A stretch of 59,022 nt of DNA, filler included, from Porpidia crustulata (taxonomy: Eukaryota), in assembly GCA_964255105.1 (NCBI GenBank). It is 5 parts of 5 records of this genome, joined end to end, with 100 filler letters (N's around TTAATTAATTAA, not from the genome) between each part and the next. Parts side by side here need not be neighbours in the genome. Positions count along the whole stretch, not along the records: positions 23,672 to 35,391 come from CAXUWE010000611.1; positions 35,492 to 47,210 come from CAXUWE010000612.1; 3 more parts are not named here. The stretch is one strand, 5' to 3'. Both the position numbers and the translations under genes were made by a program. This document shows, piece by piece, positions 34,687 to 47,310 of the stretch; position 1 is the stretch's first letter, and each line of letters begins with the position of its first letter. Under the pieces are notes generated by a model, which did no database searches, was not told where the DNA came from, and saw nothing but the letters and a program-made list of their open reading frames with translations.

Positions 34687-35391
34687 TCCGGGTTGATCGC
34701 AGACAGCATCCGGAGTCGTCAGTAATGCCGAGAGCGCTTGCTGCAAATGGCCGAAATGGAAAGGCGTCCCACAAAAGTGCGATCGATTTTTAGCGTCACG
34801 TAAACTTATGATATATATGATTTCCTTGGATTCTCTGTCAGATTAAGATAGTTCCCGCATACAAACAAACCGGTCAAAATCAAATTTATCTGTTTTCAAA
34901 CCAGAACATTGGAAAAAACAATATATGCAGAGCATCTTCTTCCAATTGCCCGAAATAAAAATGTGGACTACATAGTAAGTAAGTGGGAAGAAATTGCTAT
35001 ACATGAATAATACCAAGTAGTGTATCGCAATTGGTTGGCAAGAAATCCTATTTGGGAAAACAGCACAGAAACCATAGATCTAGAGACGAAATATACGATA
35101 GGGTAGTCCTGCATTATGCGGAGGGATTAAGAGCTTAAAGAATTTGAGAGAGAGAAGATTCAGTGCATGATGACTTACAAGGTGACAGGGTCTTCGAGCG
35201 AGTGGAGGTCCGTGCGTCAAATAAAGTAGGCATGCCCGGCATGGGGGGGCATGGTCTATCAGATTTCCACTCAACAACATTTGTATATATAAGACATTCG
35301 TTTGAAGGGTAATTGATTGGACTACAACACGTCTCTCTGCATCGATCAGTACAAACAATGAAGTCCTACCTCCCGGACCACGAAGGATACC

Positions 35392-35491
35392 NNNNNNNNN
35401 NNNNNNNNNNNNNNNNNNNNNNNNNNNNNNNNNNNTTAATTAATTAANNNNNNNNNNNNNNNNNNNNNNNNNNNNNNNNNNNNNNNNNNNN
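35392..35491. other. Artificial contig-joining linker
   Basis: Same 100-nt linker. Confidence 0.97.
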
Positions 35492-35520
35492 CCCCCTCCC
35501 CCCCAAAATCTGTGATGAGA

Positions 35521-35990
35521 TCACCCAAGCACCAAATCCGGCGTAATCAGAGCAATCTCATACTCAATGAGGACATCGTTCTTGAACAGGTGGCAGTAGC
35601 CGCAGCCCGCCACGCACCACAACTCCCGCTCCATCTCGCAAGGCCAGGATCCCGCGTGCTCCCCGTCGAAGATGTAGTTAACCTGGAGCGTGCTTAGGTT
35701 CCATCATGATGTTTCGGCGCGCAAGATCCCCGTGGACAAAGACAGATATGCTTGACTCGGACGTCTTCACCGGCTTTGCCGCCTTGGACGACGCGGAGAG
35801 GTTGGTGTTTTGGTGTAGGTGTACGCGGTCAAGGTGTGATCTTCATAGCCCTGCTCTTCGATATCGAGTAGCGCGCCGTGTTTGCCGTTGAACGGATCGA
35901 AACTCTGGTCCGTCTTGAGGTGACGCGTCTTATAAGCAGGTAGGTGGTACTTGGTAGTGATATTCGCGACGGGGAGAGACAGAATTGATA
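35521..35990 (-). pseudogene. Aminoglycoside-phosphotransferase (APH)/kinase-like pseudogene fragment
   Basis: Minus-strand VFVHGDLARRNIMMEPK (catalytic HGD..xxN loop). After a 1-nt frameshift: TLQVNYIFDGEHAGSWPCEME (degenerate DWE.AG motif). The 5' boundary is approximate. Confidence 0.6.
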
Positions 35991-38900
35991 GGTATAATAG
36001 ACAGTAGACAATGAGACAATTATCAGAGTAGCATCAGGGTTCGAAGATTTTAGCAAAAGAGTTTGGGGGAGGCCCACTGCCTTGTATCTTTTTCGACCCA
36101 TGGGGTAAGCTCGGTCATCCATTCTCGTCTACCTTTGCTACCCTTTTGCGTCGTTGTACTCATAAGTGGAAACATTGATGACGGGGCACGAATCAATGCA
36201 CTCCTCCGCCCAGAGTCTAGCCACAGTATGTCAATTTCCAAAACACCGTGGAATAGTTAAACCTCAACAACTCCGTGTAGTAACCAGCTTGATGGCGCCT
36301 GTGTAACAGCTTTTGCCTAAGCCAAGATCCAGGTTGGTTTTACAGCAGGAGCAAAAAGCAAGAGAAAGGAGTGAAGAACGGCTTCAACGAGGGAGCAGGG
36401 CTTTCGAAGCCAGAAAACTTCTCGGGCGGTCTATCTGATCGATATCATTGTTCACTTCATTCAACGCTTTCAGCAAAGCGTCGGCGTTAGGTATTTCGGA
36501 ATACGCCCGTGGATATGCCAAATTCAACGACTACTTTCGGGCATGGTCGGGCTCAATGGCCATGTAGTAGATACGTATATTCATATTTGTTATCTCAGTG
36601 CTCATGCTATTGTAGTAAGAGGAGAGGAAGTGCATATGCTGCCTGGATAGCGAGCGGCTGTCTGACATAGATAACAAGGTATGACATTCTTCATGTCCCT
36701 GACATCGATAACGGGTGAAAGCAACCCTGAGCGCATGGGTAGAGCAGGGGAGTATTCAAAGTGTCGTTTTCGAGGTTGGAGATCCAGCCTCGTTGACTCG
36801 ATGTGCGTTCTCGTCCTCTTCCCCATTGATTCGTGGCTGCGGACTTTGATGTCTCAATGCGGCAGGCTCACTGGCACTAATTTACGTGTGAGATTATGGA
36901 TTTCATAATTCATGATTTTGTGACGGCGTGGAGAAGAATCGACATTATTACGTGTGAGTGTGAATTTCCTCTATCAATGCTATAACTCGCAGAGTCCCTG
37001 CACTCTGAGCTTTGACGACAAAAAAGCTTACCATCTGGAGCATGTTCATCTACTTCAACAAACGGTGATCCAGACCAATACAGATATTATGTTTCCGCGC
37101 CGTCTCCTAGGCGATCACTTTTTCAATCCATTCACTCATGTCCGTATGTATTCTCGTTTATGCGATCGGCTCTCCCTTCTAAAGTTATTGCCCATCCCGT
37201 TTGAGAAGCTCAAGAGGCATGTGAATGTCATCGGTCTGAAACCACAAAGCGTCAAGACTCTGCCGCAAAGCCTGGCGACTCTGAGTGTCTGAGCGAGCCG
37301 TGAGTAAACTAAAATATGCCCTGCAGATCGGAGAACATGCGCGAGACGTTGTGGGATTGGGGGGAACATAGTCACTTTAGCACGTCACGGATTTACTAGT
37401 CTGAGGCTCGGGGGCCCTCCGACTGGTCTGTTTCCCCGTCAAGCCGGATGAGGACTTGAAGTCGGGCCAATGATCAGGATCTACTTCCAACCGAGATTCC
37501 CCTGAAGTAGGTGGATCTTACCTGCCGCTAAATCCCCACGCTAAAGTGTCATTTTTGTGAGACGATGGGATCAAGACGCCTTTTCATATGCGTTCGTGGA
37601 CAGCCTTCCACGTGAGCTGACAGATGGGGTTGTGTGTCGATCCATGATTTCAAAATGGTGGCTTTTTGAGTGTTGTGTGGAGGAAGATCTAGAACGTTTC
37701 TCCAAATCTTCGACGAAGCTTTCGAAATTATCGCTACCAAGGAGTTCTAATCCCCTGTCTTCGTATCTCGGTACCAGGCAACATCAGGGTGCAATTCGAG
37801 CCGGCAGATCTCATGTCGATCATCTGATTACAAGGATGGTGACAAGGTCGAAATTTCATCGGCCATCTCTTGTGACCGTCCCCAAAATCGTTTTCTCTCT
37901 TGAATTCACTGCTCACTTGACACCTATTTTCGTGTCAAAGGAATTACTGTTCTCGACATCGTTGCTCACGCATCATGAATCACTATTACCTACCTGACAA
38001 TACCCCACACGATTCAACGGGAGATTTGCCGAAAGGCGATATTACGATCTAGACCAGTCTCACGTCAAACCACGCGATGGTGGCTTGACTGGTCCAGAGC
38101 TGAAGGATAGCCTGATGCTAGCTTCGCAGTGCCCTGCGTGCCTGCATACCTTACTCTATCCTATTTTACCTCGTAATCATGTTCATTTAATTTGACAACG
38201 GCCTGTCAGCACACATGAGGATTCGCCGTCCGTCAGCAATCAGCAGTTTAGTTGCGATAGCCAGATCGGATCTGCTCGCAAATCTCACTGTTGTTCCCTG
38301 AAATCCTTTTTCAACTACCTGATCCTGGTTGGCGGGCTCCCATGGCGTAAAGAAAGGATGGTCTAACCTAGAATAGTTCAGCCTCGGTGCCTAGTTAATA
38401 CGTCGACCTGGCCACATCTGGGAATGGGATTGACATTCAAGGTGGACTTGCACTTGGACTTGGCTCAATGCCGAGCCCAGTAAGAACATTAATATCTGTT
38501 AAGCCTTGTCGGCATGATCCAGACTCATACGTAGGTTTGCCGAATTCGTCCTTCTAGCTCGAATCTCACAAGTTCCCACGCTCGTGCCTGGTAGTTCGCA
38601 CAAGCTTCGTGTTACCGTCTTACTCGCTCCGTAAGTCCATGGATGACGGACCAACTGCACGACGTACTACCGTCTCTCAAAAGCGGCGTTTCAAAGTCTA
38701 TCTTTAATTCCCGGCCGTGACTGATGAATCGTCGATCCTGTGTCATCCCTCTCAAGTCTCCATAATCCCATAACAAGCCTTTCTGTCATTCTGTTTCATC
38801 CATTTCAGTCTGTCCTTCCGTATTCGGTGTTGCACAAGCGATCGAAATGGACCCCAACAGAACACAGTCAGGGCACTGTATGATCCACCTCTGACGCACC

Positions 38901-38998
38901 TCGCCTTGATTGTGACCAGCATAATTTCTCGCTGAGTATTTTGCACATAACAACGCCGAGTCCACCACCAAAGTCGTCATACACTGCTGATTCTCGCT

Positions 38999-40363
38999 AT
39001 GGCATCCCTCAACACCAACCACGGGAGCCAGCAGCAACGTCTGCAACCTCATATACCAAAACTTCTCTACCGGTCCACGTCGGCGGATGATACCAGTAGC
39101 ACGGGCAGTTCACTGAGCACAGGCTTAACAGACAGACCATCCTTGAATGCCTCTACAGCTCCAAGCTCGCCGAGACACTCCGATTACTGTCCCTCGCCTA
39201 CGTCGTCACGAGTACCGTCTGATGCTCTAGCTGCAATTGGCCCCAAATCACCGGGTCTGTTGCCTCCAAAAAAGCGAGGCGGCTCATTCCTCCGGATGTT
39301 TACAGTCAAAGAACCATCGAGTCAGGCCTTTGAGGACTACCAAAAACAGATGTTGAAGAAGGGGGCATCGAAGAATGGCCGAGTCGCCCCGGTTGGCATG
39401 CCTGGTGTTTCCTCCGCAAAGCTGCCGCCAACGGTTCCAAAGGTCAATTCGAAATGGGATGGTGTTCCATTGGCAGTCAAAGAACGGGAAAAAGAAAAGG
39501 ATATGGCGAGGCGGCAGTCAACGTCGGGCTACAGTCGTTCGATCAATAGCTCGACGTCTGATGCGACACATAGCCGGTCCTCCTCGAGAGGGGCATCGCA
39601 AGGAGCGTTGGACCATCGCCAGAACGGGAAGCTGTCGTTTAACAACAGCAGCGGTAACTTGTCTGACATGTATGGATGGGAAAATCGAAGCACTTCGAGT
39701 GGAAATAAGTCACCTTCAACCAATGATGCCGATTTTACATCGTTCTTCCCTTGCTATAAGCAGCCGAACCCATCACCGTCAGGTCTCACGAAACAGAGTT
39801 TGGCCGATCTCACTATTCCGCCCGAACACTACGCTTCTCCGGCTCTCACACCTTACGACTCATCACCTCCAACACCTTCACCGCACCCTTCCCCCAGAAT
39901 AATAGTGGCCTCGCCTCATTCGGCGCAGGGTTTGAAGGATGATATCAAGACGACAACGCTTGAAATACCTCCGGATGCCGAAAAGATCATCATCAAGTCA
40001 TCTGGTGTCAACATCCTCGGGCCACCAGCATCGGCAAGACGCAAGCCGAAACCTCAACCATTCCTGGCGGGCGAAGCCCAGGAGATGCAGCTACCGTCGA
40101 AAGATGTCCCACTACGGCCGATACTAAAACGAGAATCGAAAGCCCGCACCATCGACGCGGTGCCTCGCCCCCATCTCCCTGCCAAAGCACTGGCGATCGA
40201 GTCGGAGCTGTCCAAAAGGCCCAACACCGCCCGAGAAAGGCTCGGCTTAGGAGCTATGGTGAAAGGCACAGCTATCCCGCCTTGGGAACCGTCTGATAAT
40301 ACCGTGGAGGGAGACGGGCAGAAAACGAAGAGGATGAGCAGGATATCGCGGTTCAGCAAATGA
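38999..40363 (+). CDS. Ser/Pro-rich conserved fungal hypothetical protein
   Basis: 454-aa intronless ORF with a non-low-complexity core F.VKEPSSQAFEDYQKQM...GVSSAKLPPTVPKVNSKWDGVP. Confidence 0.75.
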   Translation: MASLNTNHGSQQQRLQPHIPKLLYRSTSADDTSSTGSSLSTGLTDRPSLNASTAPSSPRHSDYCPSPTSSRVPSDALAAIGPKSPGLLPPKKRGGSFLRMFTVKEPSSQAFEDYQKQMLKKGASKNGRVAPVGMPGVSSAKLPPTVPKVNSKWDGVPLAVKEREKEKDMARRQSTSGYSRSINSSTSDATHSRSSSRGASQGALDHRQNGKLSFNNSSGNLSDMYGWENRSTSSGNKSPSTNDADFTSFFPCYKQPNPSPSGLTKQSLADLTIPPEHYASPALTPYDSSPPTPSPHPSPRIIVASPHSAQGLKDDIKTTTLEIPPDAEKIIIKSSGVNILGPPASARRKPKPQPFLAGEAQEMQLPSKDVPLRPILKRESKARTIDAVPRPHLPAKALAIESELSKRPNTARERLGLGAMVKGTAIPPWEPSDNTVEGDGQKTKRMSRISRFSK

Positions 40364-42552
40364 TCGCAATCGTCCGCCACCGTCGCATGCCCACCACAAC
40401 ATCGCCCTGACGCGGCTCAATCCCCTTTCCATTCATTTAGTTTTCCGACTTTCCCGTGCACATACCCCTCTGCTCTTTGCTTTTCTAGCGATCTAGCGCA
40501 CGGCGTTCCTGGGGAAAAAATCCACGGTACCAAGCGAGCGATTCTGTTTTGTTTTTTCCGGCGAGGTGCCTTTGCTTTTTGCTCCAGCGTTTGCTGGCTG
40601 CTATATACCCCACGCGGAAAACACACTGCTACGGCGTTACATGGTTTTTGCTTCCATGACTAGGTGACGAGGAGACGGTGGGGGAAGGTGGGAATGTATG
40701 TGGCTGTTATGCTAATGCTAATGCTAATTCAATGCCACTGGCACCTTTTCGGCCGATCTTGTGTAGAATCATTGTGAGCTCCGTCCTTATTTTGTTCCGT
40801 TTGGGAATCCCCTGATTATTGCAAGCAACGGGCCGGTAAACCTTCGAGTTCCAATAGCCATATCCTCCCTTATCCCCCATCACCAACGCTCCTAGTAGAT
40901 GCCATGTCAGCGGAGAATCTCGCGTCCTTAGGTATTCTTTATCATTTTACGCGTGGGAGGAGTCATTGGGGAGTTCGGCGAAGTGGAGGATTTGGTATCG
41001 TAGAGGGGGATTGGGGGTGTGATCTCGATGTCATAAGCGCGTTGGTGGTAGTATTGTCATGCTGGAAGACTGGTTTTTCGGAGGGGATTCAGGGTGATGA
41101 TGTTGAAGATTATGGAGCACAGTTGTCTATCAATGATGGTGGGAGGAATGGTGGTCAAAACTTTTAGACAAGGGCTGCTTTGTAATCGTCTATCAGCTGC
41201 ACGCTCGTCAAAGTTGGTCTTGTGCCTATTGTGGTATTCATAAAACACGTACGGACATTACTGCAACTTCATGTACATCAAATGATGCTGAGGGCTATTT
41301 CAGAGATCGCGGGCCAGCTAAGCGCTCTCGTAGACGGCGGCTAGTCGTGGTTTGAGCGCTAGACTGGCAGGGATTGAGTTGTAGGGTCAACGAGCTCAGT
41401 TTTCTCACGACGGGCATACTTCTTGTTTACAACGGCTCGGGTAGTATCTATAAGTCAATCCTTTGCAGCGCATGTCCTGTTTGTTATCTTTTTTCACAGA
41501 TCGTTGTTCCTATCGATCTTTGGCCCCGAGCTATACTGTGGAGGTGTAACTAAGGGGGCAAAGCTCCTCCCTCGTCTTCCAGCAATTTTTTGAGTGATCA
41601 GGAGCGGAGAGGCGATCTACGAAGTCACTTGGTTACTTAGAGGTTTTCAGCTTCGAATTCTCGTTTCAAAGGCCCGACGCCATAGCTATACTCTCCGTGT
41701 ACGCATCCGATATAAAACACCTGTATTACCATTTGCTTCATTCTTTTTGACCTTGATACTGTCTGTTTTTGAAGGAACGTCAAAATACCTGCGTTTACCT
41801 TTCAGAAAGAAAAACAGTTCTGTTTGGGGGAAAAAGTCCTTATCTGACACAAGAGGCGAATACTGACGGCGATTGGCAAGACCGTGGAAGTATAGGCGGA
41901 CAAGTCTGCTTTACCATCTATATACAGAAGAGGTGAAGGGCTGGAGTGGCTTCAATTGATAACGGTCAGACCCTTTTGTCTTTTTTTCAACTTGAAATTT
42001 TGCCTGCCAAGGGGGTACCATTGAGTAAGGATAAGATTGGTCAATCGAGTTCAGTTCTTGATCACAACTCTACCAAGAATAAAAGAGCCTTGTGGCAGCT
42101 GAAGTTGGACTTTGGATGAACACAAGTCTATCAAATCCTCGTCAGCATATCACTGGCCCAGGAGGGCTTTGATACCAGTTACGGCGGAAGAGAACGATTT
42201 GATATGCGTCCGGCAAGGAACGACACGTGTTTAGAAAGTCCCTTGTGTTGTTGGTCTATATTAGCGCCTCATTCGGTTTAGCTTGACAATGTAAGAGCCC
42301 GCAACCCATTTTATTTCATCTCACCCACACGACGTCACAAACCCATCCTTTGCTCCAACACATTGTCCGCTTTGTTTCTTCATACTGCCCCATACCCAAT
42401 TGGCTACTCTATTCTTTTGAGCATCGTCCTTTGTGCAAGACTCGTAGAGTTGCAGCTGCACCACCTACCAAATCTTGTGATCTAGCATGACGCCTGTTTC
42501 CCTCACAAATTTTTTCCCATCATGAATTCTAGATGGGACTACCATACCTCGC

Positions 42553-45500
42553 ATGAGGATCGCTTTGTTGAATTTCTCCATGCTGAGATTCCCTGAGAAT
42601 GCAGAAGCTAATGATGACAAGACCACTCCCCCGCCCCGTCCGCGGAGAGCTCTTAGCACTCGGTTAGCACAAGTCGTCGGCCGTAACGCATATGAAGACC
42701 CGGCTGACGCCGATAACGAGAAGTCCGAGGGCGAAGACCAGGGATATACTGGATCAAGACGCACAGAGATCCCCGACAGCCAAGAGGATTCTGCGCACGA
42801 CGACCTCTCACGTATCGAGGAAGATCAATCTACGGATCCGGGAGCTCAAGACTTCTCCAGCCTTGAGGATTCGTCCGATACCGACGACGGCCCTGGTATC
42901 ACACAGCCTCTCCCGCCTGTAAGTCAAATTCCTCACTACTACCAGAAGTACTCCTATCTGCCATTTTCATGGTTATCGCGGACCCCAGTCTGATATTTGT
43001 ACAACTGTGTTGATAAATGATTGGAGAAGCTATTCTTGGACTTAATAATTTTCTTGATTGAAGAGCTCTGAAGGACCTCTTGTCATGTATATTGTGAAGA
43101 AATCCCTCATAAACCCAACAGAGTCCTGGCGGGGACCCTATAAATATATCACGTATTGCCACAAAGCTGACCAATCCTGCCATTTTCATATGTATATTCA
43201 CATGTTATAGACTGCATCTTCGCCACCATTTCCTTATGTTATATCTTCGATACTGACTTTGAAACGTCATAGCCTCTACACGACGACGGTATCGACTGTA
43301 ACGGCCGCCTCCCTATCGAAGATCCACGATTCGCGGGCAGAAAAATGGAGGAGGCGGCTACGCAAGAGTTGACGCAGCCGTATACAGATCCGCGCCGCCT
43401 AGGAGGACCTCCAATTATTGATCAGGATATCGCAGATATTTTCTGCATCCTGCATCCGACTTCTCCGCTTGCCTTTGAGGCTGTCGAATTCGTTGCCGCA
43501 AGCACGCCTCAGCATATTCTTCAAAATCATGGCTTGTCCCACATTCTTGAAGAAGTCGAGTGTGATACAGGACTAGGCAACGAACCAGATCAAGCGTTAG
43601 GCCATGTGGCCGGTGGCGACCACGAAGTCAGCGATTTATCAGCAGCTCCAACAAGAGCAAGCCCTGCGGGAGACATAGCTTTACGTTTCTCATCGCGCGT
43701 CCACGATGTCTGCTTGGGTTGGTCATTTGGCAAGAGTCCGAGAAAGTCTGATATGATAATCTGCGACAGATCGAAAGCCCACATCATCAGCGCCATGCAT
43801 TTTTGCATCTACGTAACAGAAGGAGGAGTCGCAATGCTCGAGGACTACTCCACAAACGGGACATGGGTCGATAACATTCTCCTTAAAAAGAAGTTACATG
43901 ACAAGGATCCAAGTTACCCAGTCCGACGTATGCTCAATGCCGGCACCGAAATCAGCATCATGATAGCCGACGATCAAAAGCGGGGGCTTAGGTTTCATGT
44001 TGGGTTCCCAAAGTATGAGAACGTGCACTGGAAATTCCAGTCAAAGCTCCAAAGGTATCTCGGCTATGTGGCCCAAATGAAACGTCAACGAGAGGCTGCG
44101 GCCGCTATGGGTGTGAATATGCCAATAATGCTGCCTCCTGTAAGTCATTGAGAATGGCAATCATCGTTATAATCGCGAATCTGCTGATAGATACCTAGGT
44201 TGCTATGAACCCCTTGGGCAATGATGAGCAAGAAGACACCCCACTAAGCGCTAACTCGCTTCAAACATTCGCAACAAGCTCAGGACAGTATACTCACGGC
44301 ATGCACTGGAGTGGCGGTTCTATCTACAACGTGACAAGACTGCTGGGCAAAGGAGCCTTTGCCATAGTGTATCAACTTGCCACGAAGCAAGATGGGGAAT
44401 TGTTTGCTGCAAAGCAGCTAGAGAAACGTCGTTTTATGAAAGACGGTATTCTTGATCAGAAGATTCATAATGAATTGGTGATCATGAAGGATTTGCATCA
44501 TGTAGGTGGAGCACATGTTGCTTTCATATATCATTGACTAATCGATTTTTTCTATAGCCGAATATTGTGCAGTATGTTGGTTATGAAGAGATCCCGCTTT
44601 ATCTCTATATCATCATGGAATACGTACCCTGCGGAGATCTCATGACATACATCAACCACAAGACGGTGATGCCGGAATATTTATGTCAAACCATGTCTCG
44701 ACAGATTTGCAGTGCCTTGGAATATCTCCATGAGCGTAAGATTACGCATCGAGATATTAAACCAGACAACATCCTCATTGCAAGCAAAGAACCATTCGTG
44801 GTGAAACTATCAGATTTCGGCCTCTCAAAAGTCATCGCCGACGAGGAGACATTCCTCAAGACCTTCTGCGGCACTCTTCTGTACTGTGCTCCGGAAGTAT
44901 ACCCTCATTACGACCGTTTCCAGGCCGGTAAGAGGGGAAAGCGTCGTCGTGACGAGCCTCCACCTAGGACTTCACCTTACAAGCAGTCGGTAGACATCTG
45001 GGCTTTTGCTGCAGTACTCTATCACCTGCTTTGTGGCACGCCTCCCTGGACAGGATCTAGTGAGTACAAAGGCACCAACATGTTTGAGACCATCATGACA
45101 ACTCCCGTGGACTATGGTCGCTTGGAGCGTGCTGGTGTTACTCATGATTGCATGCACTTCCTAAGTCGAATGCTTGTCGTCGATCCGGAGAAGCGATTAA
45201 CCGAGACCGAATGCCTCCGACACCCTTGGCTAACTGGGAAGAAGGATGGCTGGGACATGACTATCATAGAGTTGGAGGCTAGTAGGAAGCCGAAAGGTAG
45301 CTTGGGTACAGACAGACGCGAAATAGATACGAATGCTGCCCCATTAAGAGGTATGTGGGACATAAGCCACACGCAAATGGATACCGCCGCTCGAGTTCAA
45401 GGTAGTTGGGATTTCGATGAAGTCAAGACGACTGAAGTCACCCAGCTTCCCCAGATGAAGGGAAGCTGGGATCTAGATGAACCCGAGGTGAATGCAGGCG

Positions 45501-47210
45501 CTCCGCAGATAGGTAGTTGGGATCTAGACAACATCAAGACAACTGCTGGCGCCAAGAAGCAAGGTGATTGGGAATTCGATGAAATGGAGATAGAAGCTGG
45601 TGTTGAAGGTCTTCAAACCACCTCTGGAAACGAAGACGATGAACTCGACGCTTCGCAGTTGAGCTTGCATGATAAGCCCACAAACCAAGAAATTGAGGAC
45701 TCGGATGAGGAATACCTTAGCGATGTCGATGAATTACCGGACACTCGTGCGTCAAAGCGGTTCAAGTATGCCTCTGAGACTCAAGCAGGTACATTTCCAG
45801 CCGTCGATTATCCTCTTCTGCCTAATATGCAAGAGGTTCAGCCAGGTACTGAGTCGATTCATCCTACAGGTAATCGTCTCTTTGGTGAGATTGGAGTATC
45901 AGCGCTCCGCAGCTCTGGAGTATTAGGATATGACGCGCATGCCGCTTTGGAAATGCCCATAGAGGGAATCCGCGACGGAGGTACTAGTGCGTCTGATATT
46001 CACTACTCCACTGATTACAGTGTTACCAGCGACGGATTAAGCCAACATCAGCTACAGTACCCGCAAGCTTTGCCTGGTCCAAACTTTACCGGCTCTGCGC
46101 CCAGCTTATACGGCACTGAAGCTTTAGTTGGTCAATTAAATATGGCGTCGCCCGAGTCTGCCGTATCTGGTCCGTCCCCGGCAAGCACTTCAGCGGCGCC
46201 CACAACACCCAAGACCCGCGAACCCTCGCCACTATCAACTGATGCAGTCGGTTCTAAACGTTCAAGCCAGGACGTTGTCGAGGATGTTACTCCAAAACGG
46301 GCAAAGTCGAGCTATGCAGACCGTTCTCTTCAACCCTTTGTCAGTCACTCAACCAAGCGTCAGCAATTAGCTTCAAATTCTCCCAGCAGCAAGACTACAG
46401 AAAAGCAGAAGCGTACTGTCGGGAAATCGAGGGCGACCTCGACGTCGAAAGTTAGTCAGGTCTCGAAGAGCACTACAGCCGAGACTGTTGAAGGAGGAAG
46501 TGCAGCCGGAGTGTTGACCAACCACTCGAACCTTCCTGAAAGCAGTGAAGCCGGAGTATTGACCGGCCCTGCAACAGATCACCAAGACCTCAATGCCGAC
46601 ACAGAGCCATCGGCCTCGAACGAGTCAACCTCAGCCTCTACAACAAAAGATGAAACTGCATTCACCAAGCCTCTACCTCGCCTCGGCAAGCTCACCCCAA
46701 TCGAAGGATCAATTGACGCCCCGACCATCAAACTAGAAAAGCGCCAAACCACCTACGGCCGCGACCCGAGCTGCGACTTCAAACAAACGCCGATGAAGGA
46801 CGTTCGCGTCGGCAAATCCGCCTTCGACATCATCTTCTGGCGCCCCCGCATCGAAGCCCAGCTCGCCGACGACCCTAGCCTCGACTGGACCGCCCTCGCC
46901 GACCTCACCGCCATCATCACCACCCGCTCGACCCGCGGCGACGTCCGCATCAACGGCGTCCGCCTCACCCACGGCGGCGAACGCGGCTGGCATTACGGCA
47001 AGCTCTACCGTAACGATGTCGTCAGCGTTTTCCGGCCCTCAGGCAACGCGGGCGCGGCGGCGGAGTCGCTGGCGTTTAGGTGCGAGTTTTTTGTTGGGGC
47101 GAGCGCAGCGGTGAGGCCGGAGGGTTTTCGGGTGGTGGTGGAGACGGCGAAATTTCAGGAGGCGATGTTGCGGAAAAGCCAGGAGGAGGCGAGGGGGAGT
47201 CGGGGGAGCG
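42553..47210 (+). CDS. RAD53: Rad53/CHK2-family checkpoint kinase (TQ cluster, FHA, kinase, C-terminal FHA-like), 3'-truncated by contig end
   Basis: ATQELTQPYTDPRR; FHA (FGK...ISAMHF...DYSTNGTWV); kinase LGKGAFA, FAAK, HRDIKPDN, DFGLSK, TFCGTLLYCAPE; second FHA-like TTYGRDP. Introns 44140-44198 and 44502-44557. Probable extra 5' exon 42553-42918 with intron 42919-43272; alternative start at 43345. Confidence 0.85.
45241..45600 (+). repeat. Intragenic degenerate repeat of about 17-20 codons (G-x-W-[DE]) after the kinase domain
   Basis: KKDGWDM, KPKGSLGT, PLRGMWDI, RVQGSWDFDE, QMKGSWDLDE, QIGSWDLDN, KKQGDWEFDE. DNA-level similarity such as ggtagttggga and tgggatctaga recurs. Confidence 0.8.
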
Positions 47211-47310
47211 NNNNNNNNNNNNNNNNNNNNNNNNNNNNNNNNNNNNNNNNNNNNTTAATTAATTAANNNNNNNNNNNNNNNNNNNNNNNNNNNNNNNNNN
47301 NNNNNNNNNN
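47211..47310. other. Artificial contig-joining linker
   Basis: Same 100-nt linker. Confidence 0.97.

Noticed and set aside
40708..40728. (ATGCTA)n short tandem repeat
   Set aside because: Ordinary microsatellite of about three units.
40904..41167. MSAENLASLGILYHF resembles the N-terminus of acireductone dioxygenase (ADI1)
   Set aside because: The metal-binding EHLH.DEEIR motif and cupin core are not recoverable; similarity is too short to support even a pseudogene call.
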